Source: Nitrospirota bacterium
GTDB taxonomy: Bacteria > Nitrospirota > Nitrospiria > 2-01-FULL-66-17
Assembly: GCA_049325335.1 (NCBI GenBank)
Contig: JBMOMC010000044.1
Location: 1 to 64,000 of the forward strand
Reading direction: 5' to 3'
Length of the DNA stretch: 64,000 nt
Under the pieces are notes generated by a model. It had not been told where the DNA came from. It saw only the letters and a program-made list of their open reading frames with translations, and did no database searches. The translations under genes and the position numbers were made by a program. This document shows positions 28,318 to 38,605 of this stretch, in pieces (the first letter of the stretch is position 1; every line of letters begins with the position of its first letter).

Positions 28318-29549
28318 GGCGCTCCTTTCCCTGCCCGGGGCAACGTGAAGAAAAACGTGCTGCCCGCACCGGGCGCGGATTCAACCCAGAGACGGCCGCC
28401 GGATGTTTCGACGATCTTTTTACAGATTGCTAGTCCCGCTCCGGTGCCCTCGAACTCCTCCTGGGGATGTAATCGTTCGAACAACTCAAAGATCCGATCG
28501 TGATACCGGGGGTCGATGCCGATGCCGTTGTCGGCGACCGCGAGACGGACAAATCCGTCCTCGTCGTCGCGCGCGGAGATCGCGACCACCGGACGACCGC
28601 TGACATTGAACTTGATCGCGTTCGAGACCAAATTCTTAAACACCTCCCCCAGACGCGGCGCTTCACCGCTCACGGTCGGCAACGGTCCCTTGACGCGGAT
28701 CTGGGCGTTCGTGCTCCGTATCGCGTACGCCAAATCCCGCTCCACCTGGCCGACGACTCGGTTTAAGTCCACCGCGTGCGGCGTCGGAGTCTTCCGCGAG
28801 AGCATGGTCAGCGTCAAGAGGTCGTGGATCAGGTCTTTCATGCGGACCGCCGACTGCCGAAGAAATCCGAGATATTTCTTGCCCTGCTCGTCGAGCCGAT
28901 CGCCGTAGTCTTCCAACAAAAATCCCGCAAACGCCTCGATGCCCCGAAGCGGCTCTTTGAGATCGTGCGAGACCACGTGGGTGAAATCGTCCATCTCGCG
29001 CACTTTCTCTTCCAGGAGCCGGCTCTGATCCAACAGCACCTTCGCCGCGCGCTTTTGTTCGGTGACGTCTCGGATGATGCTGATGATCAAGGGGCCGTCC
29101 GGCGTCGACATCGGGCTCAGGCTAATCTCGACCGGCACCTCCGAGCCGTCCTTGCGGCGCGCCGTGAGGTCCAATCCGCCCCCCATCGGACGGGTCTGCG
29201 GATTGGACAGGTACTGCGTGCGGTGGACGATGTGGCGATCACGCGCGGGCAGGGGAATCAACCGCTCGACCGGTTGCTCCAGCAGCTCCTCGCGACGGTA
29301 CCCGAACAGGGTCTCGGCTTGGGCGTTGAGTAGGGCGATCCGTCCATTCGGCCGCACGAGGATGATCGAATCCGGCGCGGCCTCGAGCAATCCCCGAAAC
29401 AAGTCCTCGGCGGCTCGAATCTCCACGTCGTTCCGTTTGCCCGGCCCGGCGCCCCCAGACCCGCGTGTCGGCGCCGTCCGGGTGCCGGACCGAGCCGCGG
29501 GCTTAGATGCGCTCGAACGAGGTGGTTGTTGAGACCGTTTGTTGACCAC
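28314..29549 (-). CDS. PAS-domain sensor histidine kinase
   Basis: PAS (LLNAQAETLFGY...RRKDGSEVPVEISLSP), SHDLKEPLR, NLVSNAIKF, GTGAGLAIC. Confidence 0.9.
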   Translation of the reverse strand: MVNKRSQQPPRSSASKPAARSGTRTAPTRGSGGAGPGKRNDVEIRAAEDLFRGLLEAAPDSIILVRPNGRIALLNAQAETLFGYRREELLEQPVERLIPLPARDRHIVHRTQYLSNPQTRPMGGGLDLTARRKDGSEVPVEISLSPMSTPDGPLIISIIRDVTEQKRAAKVLLDQSRLLEEKVREMDDFTHVVSHDLKEPLRGIEAFAGFLLEDYGDRLDEQGKKYLGFLRQSAVRMKDLIHDLLTLTMLSRKTPTPHAVDLNRVVGQVERDLAYAIRSTNAQIRVKGPLPTVSGEAPRLGEVFKNLVSNAIKFNVSGRPVVAISARDDEDGFVRLAVADNGIGIDPRYHDRIFELFERLHPQEEFEGTGAGLAICKKIVETSGGRLWVESAPGAGSTFFFTLPRAGKGAP

Positions 29550-29614
29550 GCGAAAAACAACCCGATATAATCAGTTCGCCTCTATCTCAACCGGTCACGA
29601 GGGGCGTTTACCCC

Positions 29615-30316
29615 ATGGATGACGCGTCGATCAGCATTCTGCTCGCGGAGGATAGCCCATCCGACGCCCAAATCATACGACGATCGCTGGAAAAGGGGAA
29701 CCTGACCAACCCGCTGCTGATCGCTCCCGATGGCCAAGTCGCGCTGGATCTGCTGCGAGAGCCCACGTCGCGATTCGGGGTGTTGATCCTCGACATCCAC
29801 CTCCCCAAGGTCGGCGGGCTGGACGTGCTCAAGGAAGCCAAACGCCTGGATCCTGAGCTGATCGTGATTATATTGACCAGTCACGCCTCGTTCCACACCG
29901 CGGTCCAATCGCTCCGTCACGACGGGGCGTTTGATTACCTCGAAAAATCCAAGGACGATCTGCCCAATCTGGTCGCCGCGGTCCGCCTCGCGCTCACACG
30001 GTACGCGCTTCGCCGACAGACCCGCTGGCAGGTGCCGTCCAAGAGCGGGGAGCAGCGCACCATTGATATGCAGGCTGTCAAAGATCGGTTTGATCTGTCC
30101 GATCGAGAGGTCGATGTGATCAAGTGTTTGTGTCGCGGGGATCGGAACAAAGAAATCGCCGAACGACTCTTTATCAGCGACCTCACGGTCAAGGGACACC
30201 TCAAACACATTTACCACAAAATGGGCGTGCATACCCGCTCCGCGGTGGTTTCCACGGTCTTGGCCAACGCCGCGACGTCGGCCGAGACGCCTCACATCCC
30301 ACGAATCTCAGTCTGA
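29615..30316 (+). CDS. Response regulator with LuxR-type HTH
   Basis: LLAEDS, ILDIHLPK, LSDREVDV...NKEIAERLFISDLTVKGHL. Confidence 0.88.
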   Translation: MDDASISILLAEDSPSDAQIIRRSLEKGNLTNPLLIAPDGQVALDLLREPTSRFGVLILDIHLPKVGGLDVLKEAKRLDPELIVIILTSHASFHTAVQSLRHDGAFDYLEKSKDDLPNLVAAVRLALTRYALRRQTRWQVPSKSGEQRTIDMQAVKDRFDLSDREVDVIKCLCRGDRNKEIAERLFISDLTVKGHLKHIYHKMGVHTRSAVVSTVLANAATSAETPHIPRISV

Positions 30317-30603
30317 CCGAAACCGGGTCGAGAAGGCTATCCCCTAAATGGAGCATTTAGTCGGAACGATCCCTCAGGCCGTCCGCGCTCTCGCGATGCT
30401 CGCATAAAGCCAGCCGTCGCCACGCCAACCAGACCCAGACACCGATCATACCCAGCCACCCAAGGCCCGCGACAAACCCAGCGATCGTGGTGTCGGACGA
30501 CACCACACCCCACCGGCTGAAGATGGTGGTGCAGTCGTGTTCCCCGTGCCACCGACCAACGGCAACGCGTGCGGTCGCGCGTCAGCCGCGCGGGGCTCGC
30601 TCG

Positions 30604-30632
30604 TTGACATCCCTCCTTCCCTGGTTTACAAA
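30604..30632 (+). promoter_or_regulatory. Putative sigma70 promoter for glgX (leaderless geometry)
   Basis: TTGACA-17 nt-TACAAA; ATG 6 nt downstream; no RBS. Confidence 0.5.
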
Positions 30633-30638
30633 AAACTC

Positions 30639-32789
30639 ATGCGTATCATGCCCGGCACCCCGTATCCCCTCGGCGCCACGTGGGACGGCAATGGGGTCAA
30701 CTTCGCGCTCTTCTCCGCCCATGCAACCCAAGTGGACCTCTGCGTATTTGAATCCGCGGATGCGCCGCAAGAATCCCACCGTATTCGGGTCACGGAACGG
30801 ACCAACCAGATCTGGCACGTGTACCTGCCGGACGCGCGGCCCGGACTGCTGTACGGCTATCGGGTGCATGGACCGTATGAGCCCAAGTCCGGGCACCGGT
30901 TTAATCCCGCGAAGATTCTGGTTGATCCCTACGCCAAGGCGATCGGACGGGATACGCGCTGGGACGACTCCATATTCGGGTACGAGGTCGGCCGTCCCGC
31001 CGAAGATCTGATGCCGGATCGGCGCGACAACGCGAAGTTCGCGCCGCTCGGCCAGGTGGTGAACCCCTCCTTCGCGTGGGACCACGATCGCCGCCCGAAA
31101 ACGCCGTGGCAACACACCGTGATTTATGAAACCCACGTGAAAGGACTGACCGCCAGACACCCGGATGTCAAGCCCCACCTTCGCGGGACCTACGCCGGGC
31201 TGGCGTCCGATCCGATGATTCGCTACTTGAAGGATCTTGGGATCACGGCCGTGGAATTGATGCCCGTGCATCACCATCTTGACGATCGCCACTTGGTCCA
31301 ACGCGGGTTGGTGAACTATTGGGGGTACAACACCTTGTCGTTTTTTGCGCCGGACACGCGGTACCACACCGGCGACCAGGATCCGGTTTCGGGGTTCAAG
31401 ACCATGGTCCGCAGCCTGCACGCGGCGGGGATCGAGGTGCTCTTGGACGTGGTCTACAACCACACGGCCGAGGGCAACCATCTGGGCCCCACCCTGTCGC
31501 TGCGCGGCATCGACAACGCGGCGTATTACCGACTGTCTCCGAAAAATCGCCGGTACTACGTCGACTACACCGGCTGCGGCAACACCCTCAATATGCAGCA
31601 CCCCCAAGTGCTCCAGCTAATCATGGACAGCCTCAGATATTGGATCACCGAGATGCACGTGGACGGGTTTCGATTCGACTTGGCCAGCGCGTTGGCGAGA
31701 GAGTTAAAAGACGTGGACCGTTTGGGCGCGTTCTTCGACATCATCCATCAAGACCCGATCATCTCTCAGGTCAAACTCATCGCCGAACCCTGGGACTTGG
31801 GCGAGGGGGGATACCAAGTCGGAAACTTCCCCGTGCTGTGGACCGAGTGGAACGGCAAGTATCGCGACACGGTTCGCAGGTTCTGGAAGGGCGCGGGCGG
31901 ACAAGTCGCGGAACTCGCCACCCGCCTGGCCGGCAGCAGCGACCTGTACGAGCAGACCGGGCGACGCCCGCACGCCAGCATCAACTTCGTCACGTGCCAC
32001 GACGGATACACGCTGGCGGACCTCGTCAGTTACGAGACCAAACACAACGAGGCCAACGGCGAAAACAACCGCGACGGCTGCAACCACAACGACAGTTGGC
32101 ACTGCGGAATCGAAGGTCCCACCGACGATCCGGGCATCTCGCGACTACGCGAACGGCAAGCGCGAAACTTCCTCGCCACGCTGATGCTCTCACAAGGCGT
32201 GCCGATGATTTCTGGCGGCGACGAGATCGGCCATTCCCAGCGCGGCAACAACAACGCGTATTGTCAGGACAACGAACTGACGTGGTACAACTGGGACCTC
32301 ACCACGGATCAGCGGGACCTGCTGGAGTTTACGCAACGGTTGGTGGCGTTCCGCAAGGAGCACCCGGTGTTGCGGCGACGCACGTTTTTTCAGGGACGAC
32401 GGATCAGGGGGTCGGAGATCAAGGACATCGCCTGGTTTCACTCCTCGGGCCGCGAGATGACCGATGAGGAATGGAGTTCGGGTCATGTCCGCTCGATGGG
32501 TATGCGGTTGTCCGGCGACGCGATCGAAGAGACCGACGAACTGGGGCGACCCGTGGCGGGGGAAAGTCTCCTGGTCCTGCTCAACGCCTGGTCATCCGCC
32601 GTGCCCTTCGTGCTCCCCGCCCACCGCGTGGATACGCGGTGGATCATGGTGTTCGACACCGCTCGGAACGGCCAGCCCTCGCGAAACCACGCGCGACGCG
32701 GAGGCCGGACCTACGACCTGGAGGCGCATTCCATAGCGGTGTTTCGCCTGGCCTCTAGCCTGTCTAATGAAAGCCGTCCCCCCGTGTGA
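30639..32789 (+). CDS. glgX: Glycogen debranching enzyme GlgX
   Basis: PGTPYPLGATWDGNGVNFALFS, NYWGYNT, DVVYNHTAEG, DGFRFDLA, IAEPWD. Confidence 0.95.
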   Translation: MRIMPGTPYPLGATWDGNGVNFALFSAHATQVDLCVFESADAPQESHRIRVTERTNQIWHVYLPDARPGLLYGYRVHGPYEPKSGHRFNPAKILVDPYAKAIGRDTRWDDSIFGYEVGRPAEDLMPDRRDNAKFAPLGQVVNPSFAWDHDRRPKTPWQHTVIYETHVKGLTARHPDVKPHLRGTYAGLASDPMIRYLKDLGITAVELMPVHHHLDDRHLVQRGLVNYWGYNTLSFFAPDTRYHTGDQDPVSGFKTMVRSLHAAGIEVLLDVVYNHTAEGNHLGPTLSLRGIDNAAYYRLSPKNRRYYVDYTGCGNTLNMQHPQVLQLIMDSLRYWITEMHVDGFRFDLASALARELKDVDRLGAFFDIIHQDPIISQVKLIAEPWDLGEGGYQVGNFPVLWTEWNGKYRDTVRRFWKGAGGQVAELATRLAGSSDLYEQTGRRPHASINFVTCHDGYTLADLVSYETKHNEANGENNRDGCNHNDSWHCGIEGPTDDPGISRLRERQARNFLATLMLSQGVPMISGGDEIGHSQRGNNNAYCQDNELTWYNWDLTTDQRDLLEFTQRLVAFRKEHPVLRRRTFFQGRRIRGSEIKDIAWFHSSGREMTDEEWSSGHVRSMGMRLSGDAIEETDELGRPVAGESLLVLLNAWSSAVPFVLPAHRVDTRWIMVFDTARNGQPSRNHARRGGRTYDLEAHSIAVFRLASSLSNESRPPV

Positions 32790-32822
32790 TGAGTGCGATC
32801 GAACGGCGTCCGACCGTTGGGC

Positions 32823-33254
32823 TCATTGCCTCTCCCCAAAGGACGACCACACTGCGGCGCCCCACGTCAAACAGGTCAGGAGCAGTAATGCGCTTATCAG
32901 AAAGAGACCCATCTTCCTCACCACCTTTCTCGCCCGCTCTGAATCATCGTTAGCTACGACGTCGGTGGCCGGGGCGCGCCCCACCACCTTGCCCTCCATC
33001 TCTCGTTTGTCCGTGAGCTTCACCGTAACGGTCTTCGCCTCGCCCACCACGTACGCGTTGGTCAACAGATACCCGTCGTCGCTGATGAGGAATCCGGAAC
33101 CCATCGAGTGCGTCAGCGGCGCGGGCTGGCCGAAACGAAAGAATTCGCCGAACGGCGGGCCTTCAAATGGATTCTCGGCGTCGGGCATGGCGACCCGTCG
33201 CGCGTCGGAATCCACGGTGATATTCCGTTTTATATTAATAATCAGTTTCTTCAT
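32823..33254 (-). pseudogene. Fragment of DegP/HtrA serine protease
   Basis: [21 protein letters not shown] (catalytic His appears as Tyr), [16 protein letters not shown]; ends before the catalytic Ser and PDZ domains. Confidence 0.7.
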
Positions 33255-33285
33255 CGAGTGATCTTCGTGTATACATTCATGTCAT

Positions 33286-34308
33286 TCAGGAACCTCTTGC
33301 GCGCTCGCCGGCCGGTGCCGTATTGCCCCACAGGAGACCGATCGTGCGCAGATCGCGGAGAATGCGATGTTCCACGCCCCAGTCGCTCCAAAACGCGTCG
33401 TGCACCCGCAACACGGCGAGGCGCGACGGCCACCGGTCGCTCACCAATTCCAGGATTCCTCGCGACAAATTCACGGGCGCCACGGTCTGGTAGATCTTGT
33501 CGATGACGTCGCGCACGCGAGGCGTGTCAATGGCGTCCACGATCTCCATGAAATGGAGCGACAGGGTCGGGGCCACGCACCACAGCAGATCCATGAACAT
33601 CCGGAGCCGAAACACCAGGATCGAGGTGTTCCACAGCGCCCCGTGTTGCATCAACTCGGCGGCCTGACGCGCACCGGGTTTTTCGATGAAGCGCCGCACG
33701 CCCCAGACATCGTCCAGTCCGTCCGAGGAAATTGGGAGGCCGGGCACCACGTAGCCGTAATCGGTTTCCGGCGCATCGGGCCGCACGCCCACGAGGACGA
33801 GCAGCTCCGGGCGAGCCTCCACCGTCCGAAACGCCGCGTCCACGCGTTGCATGAGCGCCAGGTCGTTGTTTACGTAGTGATCGGACGGAAACACCGCCAC
33901 CACGGCGTCCTCGCAGCGCCGTTGCAAGTAGGCAAGCGGGAGCAGGAGTCCGGGTGCGGTGTCCCGGTTCCGCGGTTGGACGACCACGGTATGCGCCGGA
34001 CGGCGAGCCAGTTGCCGACACACGTCGGGGTAGAGGAGGTGATCGCGGGTGACCACGGTCATGATCCGGTCCGGTAACACGAGTCGTTCCACCCGTTTGA
34101 ACGTGCGCTCCAGCAACGAGTGCCGCCCGTAAAGGGTGACGTACTGCTTGGGCAATGCGTCGCCCCGCAATCGACGAATATAGGGTTCGAGCCGGCGGCC
34201 GTCGCCACCCGCTAACACCACCGCGGCGCGACGACGCGCCCCGGGCAGCGCACTCGTTGACGACTCGGCTTCACACGTGTTTACCTGTTCCACCATCCTC
34301 GCGGTCAT
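33286..34308 (-). CDS. Mannose-1-phosphate guanylyltransferase-like sugar-phosphate nucleotidyltransferase
   Basis: VVLAGGDGRRL...LPKQY, QPRNRDTAPG, FPSDH, ETDYGY, FIEKP, WSDWG. Confidence 0.85.
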   Translation of the reverse strand: MTARMVEQVNTCEAESSTSALPGARRRAAVVLAGGDGRRLEPYIRRLRGDALPKQYVTLYGRHSLLERTFKRVERLVLPDRIMTVVTRDHLLYPDVCRQLARRPAHTVVVQPRNRDTAPGLLLPLAYLQRRCEDAVVAVFPSDHYVNNDLALMQRVDAAFRTVEARPELLVLVGVRPDAPETDYGYVVPGLPISSDGLDDVWGVRRFIEKPGARQAAELMQHGALWNTSILVFRLRMFMDLLWCVAPTLSLHFMEIVDAIDTPRVRDVIDKIYQTVAPVNLSRGILELVSDRWPSRLAVLRVHDAFWSDWGVEHRILRDLRTIGLLWGNTAPAGERARGS

Positions 34309-34448
34309 GACACGACCTCCTGTCCGCTTCAATCCCCTACCTGCGTTTTCCTCCCCGCCGCCTTGCATCGCACGCATTTGGGGAGGGCAAGACCGGTCGC
34401 CCTGCCCTCCCCGTGGAGCGCGCTCCCGAATTTCGCGCTCGCAATGTG

Positions 34449-34814
34449 TTATTTCCCGAGCTTGGCCGGCTCGGCCTCCGCTCCTTTCAGCGCGATGGAG
34501 TGGGCCATGTGTTCCCCCTTTTCGGTCGCGTACTGGATGGTCACCTGATCACCCTCCTTCAACTCGCCCACCGGAACGTTCTGTCCGTTCCTGGTGACCT
34601 TGGCGTCCGGCACCACGTGGAACGTCACCGCCTGGTCCTTCCTGCCCTGGAGACCGAGACTGGCCACCGTGAGGGTATGGGTGATCGTGTCCACCTTTCG
34701 GACTTGCCCGGCCATGGACTGCATGTGCATGGGCGCCGCCAAGACCGGAGCCGCGGCCAGCAGAACCGGCAGCGCCAGCGCTCCGCATACTCGAGACAAT
34801 CGCGTCATCGTCAT
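34449..34814 (-). CDS. Small periplasmic OB-fold-like protein (CusF/DUF5666-like)
   Basis: Signal peptide, MHMQSM N-terminus, GQVRKVD...ELKEGDQVTIQY. Confidence 0.65.
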   Translation of the reverse strand: MTMTRLSRVCGALALPVLLAAAPVLAAPMHMQSMAGQVRKVDTITHTLTVASLGLQGRKDQAVTFHVVPDAKVTRNGQNVPVGELKEGDQVTIQYATEKGEHMAHSIALKGAEAEPAKLGK

Positions 34815-34844
34815 CACCTCCCTTCCGTCATGTTTGATGGACCC

Positions 34845-34904
34845 AGTGTAAGCACCCACGGCTATCGGAACGATGACGGCCGGATGACAAGATTGTCATC
34901 CGGC
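34845..34904 (-). promoter_or_regulatory. CusR/CopR-type box plus -10 element
   Basis: Perfect palindrome GCCGGATGACAA-ga-TTGTCATCCGGC at 34879-34904; TACACT -10 at 34845-34850 (minus). Confidence 0.75.
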
Positions 34905-34912
34905 AAACGTCG

Positions 34913-35254
34913 TCAAGACGTGGGCAGGATGGTGAGGCGATCAACGACCTGGCGCACGTTGAGCGCGTTCACGATTCCGCGAACACCCGGAACAATCATG
35001 GCCAGATGTTCGGCAAGTCCCTTGTCGTCGTCCGTGGGCACCGCCCCTCGCAACGTCACCACCCCGTCGTGGCAGGATACCTTGACCTGTCCGGGGTAAA
35101 GCCGCCCGTCCCGTTCCATGACGGATTCAGTTGCCGTTGAGATCCAGAAATCCCCCGGCTCGCCCGTTGCGGTTCGCCCAATCGCGGGCGAGCCTCCGAC
35201 CGCACACAGAACGACCGCCGCTGCCGCCACCCTCTTGACGTGTTGTGCCTTCAT
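34913..35254 (-). CDS. Secreted BON-domain protein
   Basis: Signal peptide; VKVSCHDGVVTLRGAV...VPGVRGIVNALNV. Confidence 0.75.
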   Translation of the reverse strand: MKAQHVKRVAAAAVVLCAVGGSPAIGRTATGEPGDFWISTATESVMERDGRLYPGQVKVSCHDGVVTLRGAVPTDDDKGLAEHLAMIVPGVRGIVNALNVRQVVDRLTILPTS

Positions 35255-35322
35255 GCGCGTGTCCTCCTTCTGGCGAACGTGACCGCGTCGGGACCCGGCC
35301 CGACTCCTGCTTTCGGTCTCCG

Positions 35323-35377
35323 ATCGTAGCGACCGGCGCCTGACGTGACGCTGACCAGCGGATGACGATGTTGTCAG
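35323..35377 (-). promoter_or_regulatory. Second CusR/CopR-type box plus -10 element
   Basis: ATGACGATGTTGTCAG at 35362-35377 with 11-bp-spaced TGAC repeats; TACGAT -10 at 35323-35328 (minus). Confidence 0.65.
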
Positions 35378-35397
35378 AAACGGGGGGGTGAAACGGA

Positions 35398-36825
35398 CTA
35401 CAGGACGGGGAACTGCAACGAAACCGTGGTGCCCTTGCCGGGTTCGCTCTGCACCGTCACGATCCCGCGGTGAAGATCCATGATGGACTTCACGATGGCG
35501 AGACCGAGACCGACCCCGCGCGGAAAACGGGATCGGGCGCGATCCACCCGGTAGAAGCGATCGAAGATCTTTTCCAGATGCTCCGGCTCGATTCCCACCC
35601 CGGTGTCGCTCACGCGCATCACGGCTCCGCCGTCGGAAGACGCGGACACCGACATCACGACCCGTCCGCCCCGCGGGGTGTACTGCAAGGCGTTGAACAG
35701 CAGATTGCTGACGGCTCGCCGGAGCAACAGTGGATCCGCATGGAGCGTGGCCTCCCCTTCACAGCGCACTTCCACGCCCTGCTCCTGCGTCATCGCGTCG
35801 TAGAACTCTCTGACCGCATCGATCTCCTTGCGGCCGTCCAGCACCGGGCGCTGGATCTGCGTTTCCGGATGGTCGGCGCGGGCGAGAAACAGGAGGCCGT
35901 CGATGGTGCGGGAGAGTTTGGCGAATTCCTCTAGACTGGATTCGAGGACTCGGCGGTATTCCTCGGGCGCTCTGACCCGGGACAGCGCCAGATCGGCCTC
36001 GCCCATCAGATTGTTGATCGGCGTGCGCAGCTCATGCGCCAGATCCGCGGAGAACTGCGACAGCCGTGCAAAAGACGCCTCCAAGCGATCGAGCATTTGG
36101 TCGAAGGCCGTGGCCAGCGCGGTCAACTCGCGAGGCCAGCGCGCCGGATTGACTCGTTCGTGCAATTGGGCGGCGCTGATGCGCGTGGCCGCGTGCGTGA
36201 TGTCGGCCAACGGGAGCATGCCCCGCCGCGCCACCACCGCCCCGGCGCCGGCGGCAAACAACAAGCCCGCGACCAGCACCATCGCCAACCGGCGGCGGTA
36301 TCCGGAGACGACCGCGTCCTGGCCGGAGACGTCGAGGGCGATCTGCAATAGCGCCTGCGGCTCGTCCGCGCGCCCCACCGGCACCCACAGAGACATCATC
36401 AGGTAGGACTGCGCGCCCGTCACCCAGCGGCGGACCGTGGCCTTCGGCCTCCGATCGTACGGCGCCGGGGGCGGAAACCGTTCGGCGGGAAGCCGCTCGC
36501 TCATGCCCGGCGTCTCCAGCAACGTCCGCCCGCCGTCGTCGAGCAGCCGCGCGTCGTACGCGCCCAGTCGGAGCTCCTCCACCAACGCGCTCTGGTTCGC
36601 GGGAAAATCTTGGAGGATCGTCCAGAGAATCTGCGCCCGCTCGCTGAGCAACGACCGATTCGCCAAATCCACGTCGGTTTTGAGCATCCAGTATAGGAAC
36701 ATGGTGGCTACTACCAGCAGCCCGAACGTGGACACGGCGTAGAGAATGGTCAGGCGCGCGGTGATGGACCAGGACGCGGCGCGGGATCGCGGATGCGCGG
36801 GAACGTCGGGAGGATCAGCGCTCAT
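35398..36825 (-). CDS. cusS: Heavy-metal sensor histidine kinase (CusS/CzcS-like)
   Basis: Two TM helices, [39 protein letters not shown]. Confidence 0.88.
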   Translation of the reverse strand: MSADPPDVPAHPRSRAASWSITARLTILYAVSTFGLLVVATMFLYWMLKTDVDLANRSLLSERAQILWTILQDFPANQSALVEELRLGAYDARLLDDGGRTLLETPGMSERLPAERFPPPAPYDRRPKATVRRWVTGAQSYLMMSLWVPVGRADEPQALLQIALDVSGQDAVVSGYRRRLAMVLVAGLLFAAGAGAVVARRGMLPLADITHAATRISAAQLHERVNPARWPRELTALATAFDQMLDRLEASFARLSQFSADLAHELRTPINNLMGEADLALSRVRAPEEYRRVLESSLEEFAKLSRTIDGLLFLARADHPETQIQRPVLDGRKEIDAVREFYDAMTQEQGVEVRCEGEATLHADPLLLRRAVSNLLFNALQYTPRGGRVVMSVSASSDGGAVMRVSDTGVGIEPEHLEKIFDRFYRVDRARSRFPRGVGLGLAIVKSIMDLHRGIVTVQSEPGKGTTVSLQFPVL

Positions 36826-37486
36826 CGAGCACGTACCCGACGCCGCGTACGGTGTGGATGAGCTTCCTGGCGAACGGATCGTCCACCTTGCTCCGCAACC
36901 GTCGGACCGCCACATCGACCACGTTGGTGTCGCTGTCGAAATTCATGTCCCACACCTGCTCAGCGATCAGGGTCCTCGATAGAACTTCGCCTTTGCGCCG
37001 CGCCAACAACGAGAGGAGATTAAATTCCTTAGGGGTCAGTTCGAGGGACTTTCCTCCGCGCACGGCCTTGTGCTGCGGCAAATCGAGCTCCAGATCGGCA
37101 ATGTGCATCACATCCGGTTGCCGGCCGGGCCCGCGCCGCAAAATAGAGCGAACGCGGGCCAAACACTCCGAAAACGCGAACGGTTTGACCAAGTAATCGT
37201 CCGCGCCCAACTCCAGCCCCTTCACCCGATCTTTGATCGCGTCACGGGCGGTGAGAAACAACACGGGGGTCTGTTTGCCACGGCGGCGGAGTTCGGCCAG
37301 AATGGACCACCCATCCCGATCCGGTAACATTACGTCGAGGATAGCCAGATCGTACTGGCCCGTGGTAAGCAGGTACAGTCCGTCTTCACCCCGCCCCGCC
37401 ACATCCACGACGAATCCGTTTTCCGTCAGCCCATTCCGTAAATAGGCCGCGGCTTTGTCGTCGTCTTCGACGATGAGGACACGCAT
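36815..37486 (-). CDS. cusR: Heavy-metal response regulator (CusR/CzcR-like)
   Basis: [46 protein letters not shown]. Confidence 0.9.
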   Translation of the reverse strand: MRVLIVEDDDKAAAYLRNGLTENGFVVDVAGRGEDGLYLLTTGQYDLAILDVMLPDRDGWSILAELRRRGKQTPVLFLTARDAIKDRVKGLELGADDYLVKPFAFSECLARVRSILRRGPGRQPDVMHIADLELDLPQHKAVRGGKSLELTPKEFNLLSLLARRKGEVLSRTLIAEQVWDMNFDSDTNVVDVAVRRLRSKVDDPFARKLIHTVRGVGYVLDER

Positions 37487-37635
37487 ACCGCTTGCAATTC
37501 TACTGCGGCCGGTTCGTCGCGAACAAAGACACCACCGAGTCTCCCTGCACCTGCGGTGCCGCGCCGGTCGTCCAGCAGGGGACATCTGGCCTTCCTGGAC
37601 AACCCCAAACTGCAGTAACCAGGAACGAACCTGGG

Positions 37636-38454
37636 TTAGTCGTGCGCGATTGAACGGATAATATACCCGCCGGACTTCTCGTCGTACTCCAACGTTAACA
37701 ACCCGCGCGCCTGGGCGTCTTCGAGCAATGCGCTGAACGTGCGGAAGCCATGGAACGTCTCGTTAAAACCGGGATGGCGCCGCTTGAGCGCCTGTTTGAC
37801 CATGGAGCCCCAGACCTTCTCTTCCTCGCCGCGCTCTTCGAACATGGCGGCCGCGGTCTGCATCACTAAGTCCAGCCCCGCGCTCTTGCGTTCTTCGTCA
37901 TCCTCAGGACCCGGCTTCGCGCCGCGGGCGGCCTTGGCGGTCGCGGGCTTGCGCGTGGAACGGCGCTGTTTCTCGGCTTCCCGCACCAGATCGTCGTAGA
38001 AGATGAACTCATCGCAGTTGGCGATCAACAAGTCTGACGTGGACTTCTTCACGCCCACCCCGATCACCACTTTGTTGTTTTCCCGGAGCTTGCTCACGAG
38101 CGCGGAGAAGTCCGAATCGCCGCTGAGGATCACGAACGTGTCCACATGCGCCTTGGTGTAACACAGATCCAACGCGTCCACGACCATCCGGATATCGGCC
38201 GAATTCTTCCCGGACTGGCGGATGTGCGGAATCTCGATCAATTCAAACGCCGCTTCGTGCATGGCGGATTTAAACTCTTTGTACCGTTCCCAGTCGCAGT
38301 ACGCTTTCTTCACCACGATGTTGCCCTTGAGCAACAGGCGCTCCAGAACTTTTTTGATATCGAATGCGGCGTACCGCGCGTCGCGGACGCCGAGCGCCAC
38401 GTTTTCAAAGTCGCAGAATAACGCCAAGTTTTGCGTGTGTGATTTTCCGTTCAT
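37636..38454 (-). CDS. NYN (LabA/DUF88) domain protein with C-terminal OST-HTH/LOTUS
   Basis: [49 protein letters not shown]. Confidence 0.88.
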   Translation of the reverse strand: MNGKSHTQNLALFCDFENVALGVRDARYAAFDIKKVLERLLLKGNIVVKKAYCDWERYKEFKSAMHEAAFELIEIPHIRQSGKNSADIRMVVDALDLCYTKAHVDTFVILSGDSDFSALVSKLRENNKVVIGVGVKKSTSDLLIANCDEFIFYDDLVREAEKQRRSTRKPATAKAARGAKPGPEDDEERKSAGLDLVMQTAAAMFEERGEEEKVWGSMVKQALKRRHPGFNETFHGFRTFSALLEDAQARGLLTLEYDEKSGGYIIRSIAHD

Positions 38455-38605
38455 AAATCTCCTTCTGATTTTAAAATAGACAATACTACTCTAGTATGTC
38501 CGCCGACGCGAAGCGCGGTCGGACAGGACCGTATCATCCGTATATGTTTGATTGCAAGGCACGGTGCAGATTATGCCGACTATGGACTGTCTTGGACGTA
38601 GCCTA

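Noticed and set aside
30337..30552. Small minus-strand ORF or TM-like frame between the LuxR regulator and glgX
   Set aside because: No convincing start/RBS or family motif; cannot be supported
38496..38526. Hairpin upstream of the NYN gene as a riboswitch
   Set aside because: No recognisable conserved aptamer sequence; a single imperfect stem only
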